NCBI GenBank assembly: GCA_046758705.1
Contig: JBHIAT010000077.1
Span: forward strand, 1-16,224
Direction: 5' to 3'
Source of the DNA: Candidatus Bipolaricaulia bacterium
GTDB lineage: Bacteria > Bipolaricaulota > Bipolaricaulia > JBHIAT01
DNA: 16,224 bases
A program made the position numbers and the translations under genes. Below are positions 6,497 to 16,224 of this stretch, one piece after another. The notes under the pieces are model-generated. The model had not been told where the DNA came from. It did no database searches and worked only from the letters and a program-made list of their open reading frames with translations. Each line of letters opens with the position of its first letter. Positions within the stretch are counted from its first letter, which is position 1.

Positions 6497-9249
6497 GGAA
6501 GCATCTTCGCCAGCCGCTTCAATCCTGCGCTCGCATCCCCCCCTAAATTCACTCGAAGGACTCTCCTGCCGCGTTGCTTAAGGGCCTGGTTGTCCCCCTG
6601 TGCCTGGGCCCGGATCAAAGTGCCGAACGTGTAGTCGGTCTCCGGCACCGGGAGGTCGTCTGTCGGCTCGTCCACGAGTTGCAGGAACAGACCCGTGTTC
6701 GGTCCACCCTTGTGAAGCTGGCCGGTAGAGTGTAAGAAACGCGGTCCATACCCCAACGTCGTCGCCAGTTTCAGACGATCCCGCAGAGTCAAACGGATCT
6801 CCTGCAGGGTGGCTGTTGTCTCGGGCGTTGGGGCCAGGTAGGCCTGAACGGCCACGTAATCCCCCGAGCGCGCTTGCGAAAGCCAATCTGAGATCGCCTG
6901 AGCCAAGTCTTCCAGTTGATCCACCCTGATCGATTCGACCACCGGTTCATCCCGCTGTTTCTCCGTGCCCTGATCCTGGCCCATGGCCTGTCGAGCCAGG
7001 TCCTTAGCCAACTGTACGTCAGGCTGGTTGAAGGGGTGGATACCCAGCACCGCGCCGGCCGCCGCCACGGCAACCTCCCAGCGGAGGATCTCCTGACCGA
7101 GGTCGGCCTTCTCGGTCAGGTGGATGCGAGCTACCGGATGACCGGAAACTTCCAGCGCGTTTAGCTGTTCCTCAAGGTCAGGGGTGTCGTCCTGCTCCAG
7201 GGCCAGGTGGACGAACAAGCGGTCCGAACCGTACATCTCTGGCACGGCCAAGGGTTCGTCGGCCACCGGCAGAATGCCCGTGTCATCCTTGCCGGTGCTC
7301 TCGGCAATGAGTTGCTCCAGCCAGGTGGGGAACGCCTCAAGCGACGGCGAGGCCAGGAAGGTCACCTTGTCCCGGCCGGCCCGGGCCAGCTCCCCCAGCG
7401 CGGCACCCAGGGGTAGGCAGGGGGTATCGGACTCAGGCACGCAGAAGGCGCAGGCTTCACTCAGGGTCCAGGCCTGATCCAGCAGCTGGTGCACGTCCAT
7501 CCCGATAAGGGCCGCCGGCACCAGCCCGAAGGCGGTGAGGGCCGAATAGCGCCCGCCCACATCAGGGGACGCCTGAAACACGTGGCGGAAGCCCCGCTCA
7601 TGGGCCAACTGCTCCAGGGGTGTCCCCGGATCGGTGATGGCGACGAAATGGCGGCCCGGTGTGTCGGTCACTTGACCAGCCCGGTTCCAGAAATAACGGA
7701 ACAAGGACAGGGTCTCAAGGGTGGTGCCCGACTTACTGGAGACCAGGAACAGCGTGTGGCCTGGATCTATCCGTTGATCGACCGCACGCACCGCAGCCGG
7801 ATGGGTGCTGTCCAGGACGACAAGCTCGGGATAGCCCGGCGCGTTTCCGAAAGTCCGTTGGAAGACCTCCGGGGCCAGGCTGGAGCCGCCCATCCCCAGA
7901 AGCACCACGTGACGCATCCCCTCGGCCTTTACCTCGTCTGCGAACGCCCTCAGATCGTCGAGCTGCTCGTGCATCGTCTCGGGCAGGTCCAGCCAGCCCA
8001 GGCGGTCAGTGATCTCGGACACCGGCTCGGAGAACCAGAGCGCGGGGTCCTTGGACCACAGCCGTCGAACGAAATCCTCGCTCTGCCAGACCTGCAATCG
8101 TTCTTCCACACGGATATGGTATGTCCCAAGGTCCAGGGTCTGGCGATCCACCCGGTCAGCCTGAATGGCCCGGCGCTTCTCCTTCAGCGTGCCCAGCAGT
8201 TGATCAAAGGAGTTGGCAAACGCGTCCACGCCGTCCGCCTGCAGCTTCTCGGTGATGGCATCCAAATCCACGTCCAGCTCCGCCAGGCGGGCCAAGGCAG
8301 CCTGTGCCTCCTCCAACCCCTGTTGTACCGTGGTCTGCACCCGTCCGTGGTCGCGGAAGGCGTTGAGCGTAGACGGGGGCAAAGTGTTCACCGTGTCCGG
8401 CCCAATGAGTTCCTCGACGTAGAGCACATCGGAATAGGCTGGGTTCTTGGTGCCGGTGCTGGCCCACAGGGGGCGCTGCACGCGGGCGCCCTGCTGGTTT
8501 GAGTCGGCAACCGGTTTATCATAGAAGATCTCGCGAAAACGTTGGTAGGTCATCTTAGCGTTGGCGATGGCGATCTTGCCACGCAGGGCCAGGGCTTCGG
8601 GCGTGCCGATCTCCTCTAAGGCACGGTCCGCAGCCGTATCTATTCGGCTCACAAACAGGGAGGCGACGGAGGCGACCCGGCGGGGGTCCGTTGAGCGCTC
8701 CAGTCCCCGGATATAAGCGTGGGCCACCGCCTCATAGTGAGCCAGGGAGAAGATCAGAGTGACGTTGACGTTGATCCCCTCGGCGATGAGGGTCTCTATA
8801 GCCGGAATGCCTTCCGGCGTGGCCGGGGCCTTGATCATCAAATTAGGACGGTCCACCGCCTGCCACAAGCGCCGGGCCTCGGCGATCGTGCCCTCGGTAT
8901 CATGGGCCAGGTGAGGCGATACCTCCAGGCTCACGAAACCGTCGGCGCCGTCGGTTTCATCGTAGACGGAGCGCAAGACGTCGGCCGCCATCTGGATGTC
9001 CTCGATGGCTAACGTCTCGTAGAGTGCGGAGGTGTCGGTGTGGGGATCGGCGTCTACCAAGGCCGTTAGCGTGTCGTCATAGTCGGTGCTGCCGGCGATG
9101 GCCTTCTCGAAGATGGTGGGGTTGCTGGTCACGCCGCGCAACCCATCTTCCTCGACCAGTCGTTGAAGTTCGCCACTGGTAATCAAACTGCGACGGATGT
9201 AGTCCAACCAGATAGACTGACCGTGCTTGTGTAGTTCCTTGAGGTTCAT
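6493..9249 (-). CDS. tal-pgi: Bifunctional transaldolase / glucose-6-phosphate isomerase fusion
   Basis: N-terminal part: [21 protein letters not shown], Schiff-base [25 protein letters not shown]-terminal part: [54 protein letters not shown]. Single 918-aa frame. Confidence 0.96.
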   Translation of the reverse strand: MNLKELHKHGQSIWLDYIRRSLITSGELQRLVEEDGLRGVTSNPTIFEKAIAGSTDYDDTLTALVDADPHTDTSALYETLAIEDIQMAADVLRSVYDETDGADGFVSLEVSPHLAHDTEGTIAEARRLWQAVDRPNLMIKAPATPEGIPAIETLIAEGINVNVTLIFSLAHYEAVAHAYIRGLERSTDPRRVASVASLFVSRIDTAADRALEEIGTPEALALRGKIAIANAKMTYQRFREIFYDKPVADSNQQGARVQRPLWASTGTKNPAYSDVLYVEELIGPDTVNTLPPSTLNAFRDHGRVQTTVQQGLEEAQAALARLAELDVDLDAITEKLQADGVDAFANSFDQLLGTLKEKRRAIQADRVDRQTLDLGTYHIRVEERLQVWQSEDFVRRLWSKDPALWFSEPVSEITDRLGWLDLPETMHEQLDDLRAFADEVKAEGMRHVVLLGMGGSSLAPEVFQRTFGNAPGYPELVVLDSTHPAAVRAVDQRIDPGHTLFLVSSKSGTTLETLSLFRYFWNRAGQVTDTPGRHFVAITDPGTPLEQLAHERGFRHVFQASPDVGGRYSALTAFGLVPAALIGMDVHQLLDQAWTLSEACAFCVPESDTPCLPLGAALGELARAGRDKVTFLASPSLEAFPTWLEQLIAESTGKDDTGILPVADEPLAVPEMYGSDRLFVHLALEQDDTPDLEEQLNALEVSGHPVARIHLTEKADLGQEILRWEVAVAAAGAVLGIHPFNQPDVQLAKDLARQAMGQDQGTEKQRDEPVVESIRVDQLEDLAQAISDWLSQARSGDYVAVQAYLAPTPETTATLQEIRLTLRDRLKLATTLGYGPRFLHSTGQLHKGGPNTGLFLQLVDEPTDDLPVPETDYTFGTLIRAQAQGDNQALKQRGRRVLRVNLGGDASAGLKRLAKMLP

Positions 9250-11270
9250 CTTTTTTCCTTCCTTGAGGCTCTATCTACCAATGCCAGGGCTCGTTCTACC
9301 ACATGCTCAATGTGAAACCCCAGCTTCTCGTACACAACATCCCCCGGTGCCGAGGCTCCGAATCGGTTCAGGCCGATCACATCTCCCGTCTCGCCCACGT
9401 ACTCGTTCCAGCCCTGGGTTATGCCGGCTTCCAGCGCCAGCTTGGGCAGATCAGGCGGGAGCACCTGGTTTCGATACTCGAGCGGCTGCTCGTCGAACAG
9501 TTCCCAAGAGGGCATGGAGACCACACGCACCCGAACGCCTTGGGCGGTCAGTTCCTCGCTTGCGGCTAGGGCAAGGTGGACTTCGGAGCCGGTGGCGATC
9601 AGGATAATCTGTGGAGGCTGTGAAGGACCCCCGTCGGATTCGGTAAGGATATAAGCCCCTCGGGGGACCCCTTCGCTGATGGAGTGGCGTTCCGGGTCCA
9701 GCACGGGGAGCTTCTGTCTGGTCAACGTCAGAGTTACCGGGCCGCGGCGTTCGATCGCCACCCGCCAGGCAGCGGCCGTCTCGTTGGCATCGGCGGGGCG
9801 AAGCACGGTCAGGCCTGGGATGGCTCGCAGGCTCGTCACGTGCTCCACCGGCTGATGCGTCGGGCCGTCCCCACCTAGAGCGATGCTGTCGTGAGTGAAG
9901 ACGAAAATGCTGTGAGCCTGCATCAGAGCTGCCAGGCGCAGGGACGGGCGCATGTAATCGGAGAAGACCAGGAAGGTGGCACCATAAGGGATGAGCCCAC
10001 TATGCAGGGCCATGCCGTTGACGATGGCTCCCATAGCATGCTCGCGGACGCCGAAATGGATGTTGTGGCCGCAGGCCTTGTCGAAACCGAAGTCACCGTA
10101 GCCGATCAGAGTGGTCTTGGTTGAAGGAGCCAGGTCGGCTGAGCCACCGGTGAACGCGGTCAACCGCTTCGCCACGGCGTTCATCACCCGGCCCGAGGCA
10201 TCGCGGGTGGCTATCGGTCCCTGCTCCGACTGGAAGACAGGTAGGTCGGTATCCCAGTCGGTAGGAAACTCGCCGCGCACCACTTGGTCAAACTGGGCAA
10301 CCAGGTCGGGGTGCTTGTTACGGTAAGCGTCCAAGTGATCCTGCCACTTGGATTCCAGTTGGGCGCCTCGCTCGATGGCTTGGCGGCAATGATTCAACAC
10401 CTCATCGGGAACGTAAAAGGAGGGCTCCAGCGGCCAATCCAAGGCCTGTTTGGTCGCTTGCAGTGCCTCCGGGCCCAGAGGTTCCCCGTGGACTGCCGAC
10501 GTGTCCTGTTTGGGACTGCCATAGCCGATATGGGTGCGCACGACAATGAGGGAGGGCCGTTCCTTCTCGGCCTGGGCCTCCCGGATCGCGGCTTCGATGG
10601 CCTCCAGGTCGTTGCCGTCGGATACGTAGACAACCTGCCAGCCATAGGCCCCGAAGCGAGACCGTACGTTCTCGGTGAACGCCAGGTCCGTCTCCCCCTC
10701 GATGGAGATGTGGTTGTCATCGTAAAGGTAGATGAGCTTGCCCAACTGCAACGTGCCGGCCAGCGAAGCCGCTTCTGAGGCAACGCCTTCCATCAGGTCA
10801 CCGTCGGAGACGATGGCGTAGGTGTGGTGGTCTACGATGGGAAAGTCCGGGCCGTTGAAGCAGTTGGCCAGAAAGCGCTCGGCCATGGCTATCCCAACGC
10901 CCATCGAGAAGCCCTGGCCCAAGGGGCCGGTGGTGGCCTCGACGCCCGGTGTGTGGCCATACTCCGGATGGCCGGGCGTCTTGCTGTTCCACTGGCGGAA
11001 ACGTTTCAACTCCTCCAGGGACAGGTCGTAGCCGTAAAGATGCAGAAGCGCGTAGAGCAGGGCCGAGCCGTGACCTGCGCTGAGGATGAAGCGGTCACGG
11101 TTGAGCCAAGCCGGGTTCCCAGGATTGTAACGCAAGAAACGGTCCCACAGGACGTAGGCCATGGGTGCTGCCCCCAGAGGCATCCCCGGATGTCCGTTTT
11201 TTGCTTTCTCAACTGCATCCACAGCGAGGAAGCGCAAGGTATTCACACAGAGTTGGTCAAGGTTGCTCAT
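9246..11270 (-). CDS. tkt: Transketolase
   Basis: [34 protein letters not shown], ThDP motif SDGDLMEG...[25 protein letters not shown]. Confidence 0.98.
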   Translation of the reverse strand: MSNLDQLCVNTLRFLAVDAVEKAKNGHPGMPLGAAPMAYVLWDRFLRYNPGNPAWLNRDRFILSAGHGSALLYALLHLYGYDLSLEELKRFRQWNSKTPGHPEYGHTPGVEATTGPLGQGFSMGVGIAMAERFLANCFNGPDFPIVDHHTYAIVSDGDLMEGVASEAASLAGTLQLGKLIYLYDDNHISIEGETDLAFTENVRSRFGAYGWQVVYVSDGNDLEAIEAAIREAQAEKERPSLIVVRTHIGYGSPKQDTSAVHGEPLGPEALQATKQALDWPLEPSFYVPDEVLNHCRQAIERGAQLESKWQDHLDAYRNKHPDLVAQFDQVVRGEFPTDWDTDLPVFQSEQGPIATRDASGRVMNAVAKRLTAFTGGSADLAPSTKTTLIGYGDFGFDKACGHNIHFGVREHAMGAIVNGMALHSGLIPYGATFLVFSDYMRPSLRLAALMQAHSIFVFTHDSIALGGDGPTHQPVEHVTSLRAIPGLTVLRPADANETAAAWRVAIERRGPVTLTLTRQKLPVLDPERHSISEGVPRGAYILTESDGGPSQPPQIILIATGSEVHLALAASEELTAQGVRVRVVSMPSWELFDEQPLEYRNQVLPPDLPKLALEAGITQGWNEYVGETGDVIGLNRFGASAPGDVVYEKLGFHIEHVVERALALVDRASRKEKR

Positions 11271-13237
11271 GCGGAATCTCCTCCTTCCAGTCCCAGTCGA
11301 GACAGGTACATCTGCACCGCGCGAACGACGACGGCGTGGCTCCAGGTGAGGGGCGAGACCGAAAGCGGCGTCCCGGTGTGCGGATGCACCTGCTCGGCCA
11401 ACACGCCACTGGGAAGGGCACGTTCAGTACACCAATTGAACAGATCCAACGCTTCTGCGACTCGCTTCAGCGCGATGTACCACATCGCCAGCCACATGGT
11501 ACAGACAAACCATGGGTTGCCTGGCACGTCATCGGCAGCGCGGTGATAGTAGTCACCCTCGTAGCGTGCCAGCCCGCCGATGGGTGTCTTCACCCATAGT
11601 CGCTCGTGCACCGCCTCCATCGTCTTCACGATCCGAGGGTCGTCGGCGGTGAACATCCTGTGCAACCACAGGCCAGCCAAGGAGGCGTCGACCGTCAAGT
11701 CGGGGTTCCACGTCCCGTTGGAGTTGGACACCAAGCTCCGCAGGAAGCGGCCTTCACCCTCATGCCACAGATGCTGCTCGACGGCCTGACGGATCCCGTC
11801 AGCCGCCTCCCGATAACGCTGGACGAGCTCGGCTTCATCGAAGGCTTCGGCAAAGTGCGCAGCCGCGTTTAGGCCCGCCCAGGTCGCCGCCACCGTCCAC
11901 GCGTGAATCCCCCAGCGCTCCTCCCACAGATCCCAAGAGGGTTGGGGCAGACCTGTGTCCGGATCGCGGTAGCCGGCCAGCCATTCCGCCGCGCGGATAA
12001 TGAACGGTCGATAAAGCGGCTTGATGAATTCCACGTCCCCGTGACAGCAGAAGTGATGCCACAGGGCGTCGAGCACCAACCCGGTCTCATCCTCCTGCAC
12101 CGGGATGCGCTTCTCACCATCCAGCAGCCAGGGGTGCCAGGACGAAGCCAGTGAGCCGTCGGGATTAAACTTGTGTAACAGATACCCCTCGCGAGTGGTC
12201 ACATTGGCACAGAAGGTGTAGAAGCCGCGTGGTACATCCTGGTAGCCGGCCTCATCAAGTGCGTAGGCCACCAGAGCTCCATCGCGAGGCCAGACGTAAG
12301 CGTAAGTGTCCCGTACCGTCGAGGCGATCTCCGAGTCGGTGGCGGCGAGGATCCCGCCTGCGTGATCGACCTGCGTACGTATCACCAGCAGACTGCGGCA
12401 GTAGAGATCGTTCAACGAGGAGGGCAGTGTGCCCAGGTCGGGTGCGCGGGTGTGCAGCCACAGGCGCCAGTAGGCGGTCGTGCGGTCGAGGAACCGCTCT
12501 GGGCCACGATTCCGCACCAGACGGTTAATAGAGGTCACCTCGGAGAAGTCCGACCCGACGGCGAGCCACACGTAGCAGGTTACGTGGCCACGGGCAGGTA
12601 CGCAAACATGCAGAGCACCACAGGAATCTACCGCACCCTGAGTGATCGGGTGACCCTCCAGATGGCCGTCCTCGGCGTCTCGCCAGGTACCCTCCAACCC
12701 GTGAATCTCTTTGTGTCCGGTGGTCCACTGGTCCAGACCCACGTGCAGGGTGCCATCGTCGTCCGGGCGAATGCCGTTGAACAGGAACCAGTGCGGCCCC
12801 TTGTAGTGGAACAGGGCGCGGCGCTCCGGCTCGTAGTAGGCCGTATCGCCTACCTCATAGCCGCTGATGTGAAGATCGTGGTGGAAGAAGAGGCGCACCT
12901 CCCGCGTCCGACCGGATCGGTCGCTGACCTCGATGCGACGGATGAACAAATTCTCATGGAAGTCTACGGCGTCGCGAAAGTGGAGTTCCAGGGCCAGGTC
13001 GGGGTGGGTGAGTGTGACGTCGGTGACCAGCGTGTCGGATACGTAGCGCAGTTCGCGCTGCCAGGCAGGATCGTCGAGCCAACGAAAGGCACCCTCGACC
13101 CATACCCCAACGCGGCAGGGATGACCAAGAAGGTGGTTCCCCCAACCCACGTGAGGCCAGGTGAGATCACAAACCTGGTACGCGCGGTCGAAGTTGATCA
13201 GCAACGAACCGTTGCTCAGGGGCAGATCGCGTGGCAT
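11267..13237 (-). CDS. Glycoside hydrolase family 15 (glucoamylase / oligosaccharide amylase-like; trehalase not excluded)
   Basis: [21 protein letters not shown] (general acid), LAEQV (general base), PLTWSHA. No signal peptide, so cytoplasmic. RBS GAGGTG at 13243-13248 (minus). Confidence 0.93.
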   Translation of the reverse strand: MPRDLPLSNGSLLINFDRAYQVCDLTWPHVGWGNHLLGHPCRVGVWVEGAFRWLDDPAWQRELRYVSDTLVTDVTLTHPDLALELHFRDAVDFHENLFIRRIEVSDRSGRTREVRLFFHHDLHISGYEVGDTAYYEPERRALFHYKGPHWFLFNGIRPDDDGTLHVGLDQWTTGHKEIHGLEGTWRDAEDGHLEGHPITQGAVDSCGALHVCVPARGHVTCYVWLAVGSDFSEVTSINRLVRNRGPERFLDRTTAYWRLWLHTRAPDLGTLPSSLNDLYCRSLLVIRTQVDHAGGILAATDSEIASTVRDTYAYVWPRDGALVAYALDEAGYQDVPRGFYTFCANVTTREGYLLHKFNPDGSLASSWHPWLLDGEKRIPVQEDETGLVLDALWHHFCCHGDVEFIKPLYRPFIIRAAEWLAGYRDPDTGLPQPSWDLWEERWGIHAWTVAATWAGLNAAAHFAEAFDEAELVQRYREAADGIRQAVEQHLWHEGEGRFLRSLVSNSNGTWNPDLTVDASLAGLWLHRMFTADDPRIVKTMEAVHERLWVKTPIGGLARYEGDYYHRAADDVPGNPWFVCTMWLAMWYIALKRVAEALDLFNWCTERALPSGVLAEQVHPHTGTPLSVSPLTWSHAVVVRAVQMYLSRLGLEGGDSA

Positions 13238-13271
13238 GAATTCACCTCTTGCCTCATTACCTTGTCAGAGG

Positions 13272-13301
13272 ATATTAGCAAACGAATTTTTAGGGTGTCA
13301 A
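13272..13301 (-). promoter_or_regulatory. Sigma70-type promoter of the GH15-PPP operon
   Basis: Minus strand TTGACA (13301-13296), 18-bp spacer, TAATAT (13277-13272) preceded by TGn; about 35 nt upstream of the GH15 start. Confidence 0.7.
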
Positions 13302-13442
13302 TCGGTCCGGCTGGGACCTCCTCATCTATTCGTAACATACTAAAACTGATATTAAGGGATCAAGCAACGGATGACTGTTAGGGGGCTTACATTTATGTAT
13401 GAAGAACCTTTCAGCTATTTCCTCCATCGGTCAGTTGGCCGC

Positions 13443-13471
13443 TTGACAGATGGCTGTGAAAATGTCATAAT
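13443..13471 (+). promoter_or_regulatory. Sigma70-type promoter of the nucleotidyltransferase gene
   Basis: TTGACA (13443-13448), 17-bp spacer, CATAAT (13466-13471) with extended TG (13463-13464). Confidence 0.75.
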
Positions 13472-13628
13472 AGCATTAATAAAAAAATAACTTTTCAGCT
13501 GCCCTTCGCCACCGCATCTGACTCAAGGATCGCTACGGAAAAGGCCGAACGCTTTTGTAACTCACCTTACAGACGACCTTGATGCTCGCATATTAGTCTT
13601 AAATCATCAACTGCACACAGGGGAGTCG

Positions 13629-14987
13629 ATGAAGGACCCTCAGACAGCCTGGGATGAGTCAGACCAACAACCTGGCGCTCACGCCGTACGGGATCTCACC
13701 GTGATCGTGATGGTGGGAGGCGAGGGTGTCCGACTCTACCCGTTGACGATCGACAAACCGAAAGCACTGTTGCCAGTCTGTAACCATCCTCTGTTGAACC
13801 TGTTGGTCGGGGAACTGATCGATCAGGGATGCTGCCGCTTCATCTTCGCTTTCGCTAATCAAGGCGATTCGGGGAAGATGAGCCGCATCCGGATCGCCGA
13901 GACACTCGTCGGTGGTCAGGAGCTTTCAGGGTTGCTGAGCGATCCGTCGCTCGATTTCCATATGTCCCCTCTATATCACAACGTCGGCATCGCCGACGTC
14001 ATCCACCTGTGCGTCGAATACTATCAGATCGAGCAGGAGATACTGGTGGTGATGGGGGACCATGTCGTTTATCTACCGGTGAGAGAGTTATTGGAAGCAC
14101 ATCGGCGCCGAGAAGCGTTACTGACCGTCGCTCTGTGGGAGGCCGAGGGGGTCCAAAAAAATGGGATCGTTCGGTTGACTGAAGACGGCCGGATCCAGAC
14201 ATTTATCAAAAAGTCATCGACGCAGAACGGTCCGTCGCGACTGGTCAACACCGGAGTTTACCTGCTCTCTCCAGAGGTGTGCCGCTATTTCGACCATCCA
14301 ACCGACAGAGACTGGATCATCAACGGGGATCTTGACATGAGCTATCGCATGATCCCGTTCCTGATCGAAGAGACCGATCGGGTTTACGGTTGGAACCTGT
14401 CGCAGCGTGGGATCCCTTACTGGAGCGATGTGGGTACGCCCCACCAATACCGCCAGACCGCCTGGGACATCCTTCACGGGAGGCTACAACACTTCCAGTT
14501 GGAACCCGCCGTCCGCCCCGGAATCTACATGTCGCCGACCAGCCGGCGACGGAACGCATCGGAGTTGGAGGCAGGGAGGATCGATTTCAGAGGGATCAGC
14601 CTGGTCGGTAAGGACGTGGAGATCGGGGAAGACGTAGTGATCGAGAATGCGATCATCGGGGATACCTGCGTGATCGAGGACGGATGCCGGATCGTAGACA
14701 CCACGATCATGGGTCAGACCCACCTCGAACCGGGAATCCTCGCCCGCGGGACGATCATCGGGGAATCCTGTGAGATCAGAGCCGGTTCGCAACTGTTGGA
14801 GGGAAGCGTCATCGGAAACGGTTCTCGCATTTTGGCCGACTCCCTCATCGATCGGGACGAGTTGATCGCCCCGCGAGACAGTGTTCACACGGTGCTCAAG
14901 ACCGGAAAGTATACGGTTGCTGGCGCGGATGAAGCCAACATCTACTTCTACAGGAGAGAGCGCTCGGAAACACAAAGGATGAAGTGA
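13629..14987 (+). CDS. NDP-sugar pyrophosphorylase-like protein (nucleotidyltransferase domain plus left-handed beta-helix)
   Basis: GGEGVRLYPLT..KPKAL, VMGD, VNTGVYLL, YWSDVGTP, then hexapeptide repeats (VGKDVEIGEDVVIENAIIGDTCVIEDGCRI). RBS GGGAG at 13621-13625. Confidence 0.88.
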   Translation: MKDPQTAWDESDQQPGAHAVRDLTVIVMVGGEGVRLYPLTIDKPKALLPVCNHPLLNLLVGELIDQGCCRFIFAFANQGDSGKMSRIRIAETLVGGQELSGLLSDPSLDFHMSPLYHNVGIADVIHLCVEYYQIEQEILVVMGDHVVYLPVRELLEAHRRREALLTVALWEAEGVQKNGIVRLTEDGRIQTFIKKSSTQNGPSRLVNTGVYLLSPEVCRYFDHPTDRDWIINGDLDMSYRMIPFLIEETDRVYGWNLSQRGIPYWSDVGTPHQYRQTAWDILHGRLQHFQLEPAVRPGIYMSPTSRRRNASELEAGRIDFRGISLVGKDVEIGEDVVIENAIIGDTCVIEDGCRIVDTTIMGQTHLEPGILARGTIIGESCEIRAGSQLLEGSVIGNGSRILADSLIDRDELIAPRDSVHTVLKTGKYTVAGADEANIYFYRRERSETQRMK

Positions 14988-15002
14988 GGTCTCCCACCAG
15001 CC

Positions 15003-15749
15003 TTAAAACCGGATGTACCCCCCGTAGAACAGGTTGTACCAGATCAGGTAGATCCCGGCCCCGATGATGACAAACGCGCTCGCCATCTGGACATACCGGA
15101 CCAGTGGCCGGATGTATTGGTAGATGACCTCCCGGGAGAAGGCCATAGCCACCGAGAGAGCCAGCATCAACAGCGTCATGCCCATGGCGTACGAGGCGAA
15201 GCCCAAAAAACCGTTGAGCAGCCCTTGCGCAAAACTTTGGGTGACCACCACCATGAAGATGGGCAGGGTACAACTGGTCGAAGCGACGGCGTAGCTGATC
15301 CCGTAGAGATAGTAGAACGACAGCCGGTCGCGCTCATGTGGGTGCGGGTTAGGGTTGGGAATAGGAGTGCCTTTCCCGAGGCCCAGGAAGTCGAGGGCAT
15401 GCTCCAGTTGCGGTAGGGAGAAGAACTTGGCCTTGTTCAAAATCATCAGCACCCCGAGGATCACCAGTCCAACCCCGATCAGAGAGGCGAGCCAAGGGAT
15501 ATAGCGAGCGATGACACTGCCGAGGGCCGACACGATCAAGCCCAATCCCAGGAAGATGGTAAAGAATCCGAAACTGACGGTTCCCCCCAGCTTCAGACCT
15601 TTGACAAGGTTCGCCAGCCCGTTGCGGTCTGCGTCCCCCTCCCGGCCGATATAGTGGGAGACATACGAGGGCAACAGGGCGAACCCACAGGGGTTGAAGA
15701 ACGCCGCTATACCGGCGACGAACGCAAACGAAATCAGACCTGGATCCAT
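15003..15749 (-). CDS. ccdA: CcdA/DsbD-beta family transmembrane thiol-disulfide electron transporter
   Basis: About six hydrophobic helices with two conserved cysteines in FNPCGFALLPSY and STSCTLPIF. ATG 15749 has AGGAGGT 7 nt upstream; GTG 15758 is the alternative start. Confidence 0.85.
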   Translation of the reverse strand: MDPGLISFAFVAGIAAFFNPCGFALLPSYVSHYIGREGDADRNGLANLVKGLKLGGTVSFGFFTIFLGLGLIVSALGSVIARYIPWLASLIGVGLVILGVLMILNKAKFFSLPQLEHALDFLGLGKGTPIPNPNPHPHERDRLSFYYLYGISYAVASTSCTLPIFMVVVTQSFAQGLLNGFLGFASYAMGMTLLMLALSVAMAFSREVIYQYIRPLVRYVQMASAFVIIGAGIYLIWYNLFYGGYIRF

Positions 15750-15764
15750 GCTGAGCACCTCCTA

Positions 15765-15828
15765 AACTTAGAAGATGGGGAGGGAACCGTCAAGTTCTTT
15801 GACACCGATCATCACCCTAAAGTACAAT
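15765..15828. promoter_or_regulatory. Back-to-back divergent sigma70-type promoters (ccdA / SARP regulator)
   Basis: Plus strand: TTGACA (15799-15804)-N18-TACAAT (15823-15828). Minus strand: TTGACG (15793-15788)-N17-TAAGTT (15770-15765), weaker. Confidence 0.55.
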
Positions 15829-15856
15829 GGCTTACTCCGACACCAGGGGATGCATC

Positions 15857-16224
15857 ATGGGGCTACGGGTGCAACTCTTCGGACCGTTCCAGCTGTGGCG
15901 TGACGATGAGCTGATCCAATCAGAAGACTGGAAAGGCCACAAGGCCCAAGCGCTGGCCAAGATCCTGCTTACCGATCCCGGTCGCCCCTTCACCCACGAT
16001 CAGCTCATCGATTGGCTCTGGCCCAATACCGATCCCGATAAAGCCCAGAAAAACCTCCGATCTCTGATCACCCGGGTGCGTCGCATCCTGGAGCCTGAGC
16101 TCAAACGCGGTCCGCAATCCCGATATATCCTCACCCGGCCCTCCGGCTACTGCTTCAACTGCGAAGCTGACTGTACCGTCGACAGTGAGGTGTTCAAAAC
16201 CCACCTAAACCAAGCCAGGGATTT
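15857..16224 (+). CDS. SARP/AfsR-type transcriptional regulator, N-terminal OmpR-like winged helix (partial, runs off the right edge)
   Basis: Absent from the ORF track. Hand translation: MGLRVQLFGPFQLWRDDELIQSEDWKGHKAQALAKILLTDPGRPFTHDQLIDWLWPNTDPDKAQKNLRSLITRVRRILEPELKRGPQSRYILTRPSGYCFNCEADCTVDSEVFKTHLNQARD. The LxVQLFGPF, LIDWLWP, LRxxIxRVRRxL, GY and VDxxxF pattern leads into a BTAD domain. RBS AGGGGA at 15845-15850. Confidence 0.9.
   Translation, partial: MGLRVQLFGPFQLWRDDELIQSEDWKGHKAQALAKILLTDPGRPFTHDQLIDWLWPNTDPDKAQKNLRSLITRVRRILEPELKRGPQSRYILTRPSGYCFNCEADCTVDSEVFKTHLNQARD

Noticed and set aside
6493..9249. Tal-Pgi fusion as a novelty
   Set aside because: This fusion is already described (for example in Gluconobacter) and widespread.
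1626..13381. Long plus-strand ORFs (1626-2501, 3584-4588, 7489-8502, 10824-11546, 12362-13381) and many short overlapping ORFs
   Set aside because: They are antisense or alternate-frame shadows of well-supported genes, expected in high-GC coding DNA, with no recognisable motifs.
13388..13399. TACAT-TT-ATGTA palindrome as a CopY/BlaI-type box
   Set aside because: Spacing does not match TACA-N2-TGTA and there is no cognate regulator nearby.
15920..16204. 94-aa minus-strand ORF, and the 15654-15914 plus-strand ORF
   Set aside because: They overlap the SARP regulator and ccdA frames, which have clear family signatures.
1..16224. CRISPR arrays, tRNA or rRNA genes, defence systems
   Set aside because: I saw no regularly spaced repeats or RNA gene signatures, and nearly all of the sequence is explained by coding genes.

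Overview
Bacterial, GC-rich window. Its core is an ~11.9 kb minus-strand, translationally coupled operon: GH15 glucoamylase-like enzyme, tkt, tal-pgi fusion, HAD hydrolase, gnd, zwf, pgl and a type II NAD(P)H dehydrogenase. This is a glucan-to-pentose-phosphate-pathway module ending in a respiratory dehydrogenase. The NDH-2 lacks the NADH-selecting acidic residue, and Zwf and Gnd both carry NADP-type fingerprints, which suggests an NADPH-respiring arrangement (inference). An NDP-sugar pyrophosphorylase-like gene with a degenerate sugar-phosphate site is transcribed divergently from the operon. To its right are a convergent ccdA-like gene and the 5' part of a SARP-type regulator that the ORF track missed. 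The left ~1.1 kb is mobile-element debris: the right end of a probable IS1-family element that truncates an AT-rich MDR oxidoreductase gene, a 67-nt 3'-terminal remnant of a group II intron, and a small SHOCT membrane protein gene. All family assignments come from motif recognition by eye; no searches were run.
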